Below are positions 28,645-32,621 of a stretch of DNA of 32,621 nt, piece by piece. Position 1 is the first letter of the stretch; each line of letters begins with the position of its first letter. The notes beneath the pieces are model-generated. The model searched no databases, was not told where the DNA came from, and worked only from the letters and a program-made list of their open reading frames with translations. The position numbers and the translations under genes are program-made. This DNA comes from Promethearchaeota archaeon. GTDB taxonomy: Archaea; Asgardarchaeota; Lokiarchaeia; Sigyniarchaeales; SOKP01. The stretch covers positions 1 through 32,621 of the forward strand of contig JAEOTP010000044.1 in the NCBI GenBank assembly GCA_016839765.1. The letters run 5' to 3'.

Positions 28645-29526
28645 ATGAGTGCAGATTCAGAAGATTATACTATAGATGAGATAATGACAGTTTTAATGGC
28701 AAGAGAAGTACGAAATGATGATGTTATGATTGTTGGAGTTGCAACTCCAATGGTATGGGCAGCATTTACATTAGCAAAATTAACCCATGCCCCTGATGCA
28801 ATTTATCATTACATTATGGGAAATACATTTGTCATGGAACCCCGACAAGTATCATTACTGTATTTTGAAATGAATACTGCAAGGGCTTATAGATTTCAAA
28901 ACTCAGTTGAATGTACATTAGAATCCCTTCCCTCTGATAAACTTACTACAATAGAGTTCTTTAGACCTGCTCAGGTTGATCAATATGGAAATACCAATAA
29001 TATCTGCATAGGTGATTGGTCCAAACCCAAAATTCGTCTCCCTGGATGTGCGGGAATAGCTGATTTTAGCATGTTTTATAAGCGAGGTTCTTTTTTATAT
29101 ATTCCTCGACATGATACTAGAACTTTTGTACCAACAGACAAACTTTTTTTTATCTCTGGTGTAGGATTTCCTGATGGTAAGCCTTCTATATGCGGTGGTT
29201 CCGGTCCTAAGTGTGTAATAACTAATTTAGCTTATTTAGATTTTGATGATGATACTAAAAGAATGAAATTAGGAGCTATTCATCCTGGCTTTGACCTTGA
29301 AACTGTAAAAGAATCAACGGGATTTGAATTAATTATCCCAGATAAGTTGAAAGAAACAGTACCACCAACATTAAAAGAAATTAAATTGCTAAGAAAAAAA
29401 GTTGATCCATTGAACATTAGGAAATTGGAAGTTCTTTCTGGGCCAGAGAGAGAGGAATTATTAGATGAAATAATTCAAAAAGAATTAAAAATGGAGATAA
29501 AATATCCTAAATTAATAATACAATAA
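28645..29526 (+). CDS. CoA-transferase family subunit B (GctB/IpdB-like)
   Basis: AQVDQYGNTN, RLPGCAG, GPKCVITNL, IHPG...STGFEL, PPT..E..LLR..VDP. Confidence 0.9.
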   Translation: MSADSEDYTIDEIMTVLMAREVRNDDVMIVGVATPMVWAAFTLAKLTHAPDAIYHYIMGNTFVMEPRQVSLLYFEMNTARAYRFQNSVECTLESLPSDKLTTIEFFRPAQVDQYGNTNNICIGDWSKPKIRLPGCAGIADFSMFYKRGSFLYIPRHDTRTFVPTDKLFFISGVGFPDGKPSICGGSGPKCVITNLAYLDFDDDTKRMKLGAIHPGFDLETVKESTGFELIIPDKLKETVPPTLKEIKLLRKKVDPLNIRKLEVLSGPEREELLDEIIQKELKMEIKYPKLIIQ

Positions 29527-29762
29527 TTTCTTTCTAACTTTCTTGTTAAAAAGAATTGTTTATCAACATAATATTTCATGCTTGATAAATTTCATAATTA
29601 TTCTCAGAAGATAAATAATTGAACTTTCAATAATATTTTTCGATTTTTTATTTTCGAATACCTCCTTCAATATTATTAGGAACCATAAAAATGATATAAA
29701 ATATTTGAATAATTAGGTTATAAATAACTTTATATAAAGATTATGAAAAATAGGTAAGAATT

Positions 29763-30749
29763 ATGAAAAAATATAACTGGGGTATTGTCGGTACAGGGAG
29801 GATGGTAGAAAAATTTCTGAACTCCATACAAGGTATAAATCAAATTAATATTCTTGGTGCTGCATCCAGAGATAGAAATAGGTCATTTGAAATTAAAGAA
29901 AAATATTCTTTAACAAAACATTATGATTCTTATGATGATTTATTTCAAGATAAAGAAGTAGATGTTATATATATAGCAACTCCACACAACTCTCATTATA
30001 AATATACAAAAACCGCACTTGTACATAAAAAAGCAGTTTTATGCGAAAAACCTATAACAGTAAATTCAAAGGAATTAAAAGATCTAATTATTATATCTCA
30101 TGATAATGAGTGTTTTTTAATGGAAGCTATGTGGACTCGCTTCCTACCTGTTATTAATAAAATTAATCAATGGATTGATGAAAATAAAATAGGTGAAGTT
30201 AAGCAAGTAATAGCCGACTTTGGAGTCAATTTTGAATATGATCCAAACCATAGAGCATTCAATCCTCATTTAGCAGGTGGTGCTTTATTAGATCTTGGTA
30301 TTTATCCAATCTTCTTAGCATCAATGGTATTTAAAATAGAACCAATTAATATTATTTCACATGTTTTTAAAGTAGAAACAGGTGTTGATGGCATTACTAA
30401 TTTGATCTTTGATTATGGAGATGATAAAAGTGCTTTACTAACTTGTTGTAATTTATTCCAAACTCCTTGTGAAGCGACTATTATGGGTATGAATGGTATG
30501 ATTAAAATTCCAACTAGATTTGTCCAAGCTGAAAAAGCTATTTTAATGAATAATAATTTTAAGATATTAGATGAATTTAATCACCTAGAATATAATAAAG
30601 GATGGAAATATGAAGCAATTCATGTAAGTGAATGTTTAGAAAAAGGAAAAAAAGAAAGTGAAATCATGCCTTTAAAAGAATCTCTTAAAATTATGAAAAT
30701 TATGGATAGAATTCGAAAACTAATTAAGTTGAAATATCCTTTTGAGTAA
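29763..30749 (+). CDS. Gfo/Idh/MocA family oxidoreductase
   Basis: WGIVGTG, YIATPH, LCEKP, MEAMWTRF, GGALLDLGIY. Confidence 0.93.
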   Translation: MKKYNWGIVGTGRMVEKFLNSIQGINQINILGAASRDRNRSFEIKEKYSLTKHYDSYDDLFQDKEVDVIYIATPHNSHYKYTKTALVHKKAVLCEKPITVNSKELKDLIIISHDNECFLMEAMWTRFLPVINKINQWIDENKIGEVKQVIADFGVNFEYDPNHRAFNPHLAGGALLDLGIYPIFLASMVFKIEPINIISHVFKVETGVDGITNLIFDYGDDKSALLTCCNLFQTPCEATIMGMNGMIKIPTRFVQAEKAILMNNNFKILDEFNHLEYNKGWKYEAIHVSECLEKGKKESEIMPLKESLKIMKIMDRIRKLIKLKYPFE

Positions 30750-30858
30750 ATTTTAATTATAATTAAATTTCAATTATAGAGCCTAATAAGCTAAAAATTG
30801 AACCGTGGAAGATTAAAACTATTAAATTTGGGACAGAATTTTAATTATCAATTATAAT

Positions 30859-31566
30859 CTATTCTTTAGGATATAATTGTATTTTTCGACCCTTTTTTTT
30901 AAAAAGAATTAAATCGTTCCCTGATAATTTATCGATGTGATATTTAACAGTATTGCGTGCGAGATTAATATTATCAGAAATCTCAGAAGATGTAATTCCT
31001 GGATTTTTCTGAATTAATTTGAAAACTTTGGTAGTAGTTTCTGATTTTGCTAATCCATTTTCGAACGATTCTAATGTTTCAATACTATTCATTAATGGAA
31101 AATATACCGAATATTGTCCAAATCTTTCTTTCCTAATAATATTATATTTCAAAAGCACATCTAAGTGCCACTGCAATTGTCCTTTTTGGATATTACATTC
31201 TCTCAATAATTCATTATGGTGAATTCCTGGACTTTCAAGAATAAATTTAATAAGATTTTTACGATTTTCATTTCCAAATATTTCTTTTAAGGTTAATCTT
31301 GATCTACCACTATAAAAGAATTGTTTGCGTGTAAATCGATTTTTGTACTCCTTAACAGAGATGACTGAAGAAAGAAACACTAAGATAATCGCGGTAATTG
31401 ATAGGATAATTATAAAAAACTTAATAACAGGATTTATTGGTTCACCAAATACATCTTCCAAGGAAAAAAATACATGAAGAGTTAAAATTAATAGAGTAAA
31501 AAAAATTGGGATTAATATAAGATTAATTAATAAAATCTTATTTAACTTAAGTTTATATTTTACCAT
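30859..31566 (-). CDS. Membrane-anchored tandem winged-helix transcriptional regulator
   Basis: Two N-terminal TM helices; two wHTH repeats PGIHHNEL...LQWHL and PGITSSEI...VKYHI. Confidence 0.85.
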   Translation of the reverse strand: MVKYKLKLNKILLINLILIPIFFTLLILTLHVFFSLEDVFGEPINPVIKFFIIILSITAIILVFLSSVISVKEYKNRFTRKQFFYSGRSRLTLKEIFGNENRKNLIKFILESPGIHHNELLRECNIQKGQLQWHLDVLLKYNIIRKERFGQYSVYFPLMNSIETLESFENGLAKSETTTKVFKLIQKNPGITSSEISDNINLARNTVKYHIDKLSGNDLILFKKKGRKIQLYPKE

Positions 31567-31572
31567 TTGCTT

Positions 31573-32160
31573 CTATTCATCTTTTTTCTTGTTCAATCTC
31601 AAAACTGGAAACATAAAAAATACTTTATTTGCATATTTTAAATATTCATCCCTATATTTAGATTTTAATGCAATATCTTCAATTTTACCTAATACTATAT
31701 AAGCCAAAACTTCCCCTATCCAAATAAGTAGGATAATTGTATAGCTACTAATATTAAAAGGATTAAAATCTACAATTGGGTAAGTCTGAAATGCAACTAA
31801 AGTCATACCAAATGTCATTATTATAAAAGCTAAATATTGAGGATGTCTGACAAATTTATAAGGTCCATTACGAATTAACTGTTTCCTATGAGTTATTTGA
31901 AAAATTAGAGCGTATATGTAAAGAGTAAATCCAACTAATGCAATGTAGGTTCCAGGAATTCTAAACAAGAACCGGAGATCATATAGTAAAATTCCTGGAT
32001 TTTGAAAGAAGAGAGCTATGTATGAGATTATAGGAACACTCATAATACCAAACCATACAGCAGTACAAGGTACATATTGGAAAATTGGGATTAGAAATGA
32101 AGAAATGCTGGTTGAAATTGATACAAGTTTATTTTTAATTTTATATCCTTTTTGATTCAT
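31573..32160 (-). CDS. Isoprenylcysteine carboxyl methyltransferase / PEMT family membrane protein
   Basis: LIRNGPYKFVRHPQY and IEDIAL..Y..EY..Y motifs; multiple TM helices. Confidence 0.85.
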   Translation of the reverse strand: MNQKGYKIKNKLVSISTSISSFLIPIFQYVPCTAVWFGIMSVPIISYIALFFQNPGILLYDLRFLFRIPGTYIALVGFTLYIYALIFQITHRKQLIRNGPYKFVRHPQYLAFIIMTFGMTLVAFQTYPIVDFNPFNISSYTIILLIWIGEVLAYIVLGKIEDIALKSKYRDEYLKYANKVFFMFPVLRLNKKKDE

Positions 32161-32351
32161 TTTTCTTTACCTTTTAATTTTTAATATTCCTTACAAAATA
32201 AGAAATAAATCGCTTTATAAAGGTTTAAGGTGCACTTTTCGAACAATTCAAAGATTTATAAAAGTTAAAACAAAAGCACAAACAAATAAAAAAATTAGTA
32301 TTTAGGGTTTTCTTAATCCCTTTTTTGCAAATATATGGTTTTTAGGTACAC

Positions 32352-32621
32352 TTATTGAACAACCTTTCTTTTAACCATTAATCTATATATAACTGAAATG
32401 ATTAAAATTAAACCTGCTATACTAACAGTTATTATAACCGGTATTATAAAACTTGGATTTTGAATTAGTGGAATATTTGAAAGTTCGAGGATTTCTAAGC
32501 CATCATCTAAATCAGTTAAAAACACTATATTATTATCAACAAAGAGATTTCTCGTGTGACCTCCATCATTAAATCCACTTATCTTCCAAGGATTAGTAGG
32601 ATCACTTATATTAACGATTTC
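32352..32621 (-). CDS. 3' end of an LVIVD-repeat surface protein with C-terminal membrane anchor (partial, runs off the window)
   Basis: Manual translation, not in the ORF track: EIVNISDPTNP...IVFLTDLDDGLEILEL...IIPVIITVSIAGLILIISVIYRLMVKRKVVQ*. Confidence 0.85.
   Translation of the reverse strand, partial: EIVNISDPTNPWKISGFNDGGHTRNLFVDNNIVFLTDLDDGLEILELSNIPLIQNPSFIIPVIITVSIAGLILIISVIYRLMVKRKVVQ

Noticed and set aside
240-31222. Short antisense/overlapping ORFs in the track (e.g. 240-491, 1494-1682, 3308-3775, 7626-7982, 14137-14322, 17904-18128, 21238-21462, 23934-24143, 26510-26734, 31019-31222)
   Set aside because: Shadow frames opposite well-supported genes; Ser/Phe/Ile-rich composition expected from reverse-complemented AT-rich codons; no motifs

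Overview
Very AT-rich, gene-dense archaeal window with about 31 CDS. I found no rRNA, tRNA, CRISPR array or transposase. Alba, Sec11-type signal peptidase, NurA/HerA/Mre11/Rad50, an SCP-x thiolase with DUF35, a PCI-like wHTH-TIR fusion and a stand-alone 7TM protein together suggest an Asgard archaeon, probably Lokiarchaeia; this is an inference from gene style, not a search. The core content is a nurA-herA-mre11-rad50 DNA-repair operon next to alba and signal peptidase, followed by a lipid/acyl-CoA region (DAG-kinase family, SCP2, thiolase/DUF35, MaoC, split CoA-transferase-fold pair, CobO). The most unusual items are: (1) a 553-aa fusion of two tandem nucleoside-deoxyribosyltransferase(NDT)-like domains (first apparently inactive, second intact), a PCI-like winged helix and an intact TIR domain, a candidate new NAD/nucleotide-based immune or signalling protein; (2) a 575-aa protein with an unknown N-terminus and a C-terminal Schlafen/AlbA_2-like domain behind a perfect palindrome; (3) a CoA-transferase pair with IpdAB-like (hydrolase) rather than Gct-like catalytic residues and a possible non-canonical ATC start. 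All family calls come from motif recognition by eye.
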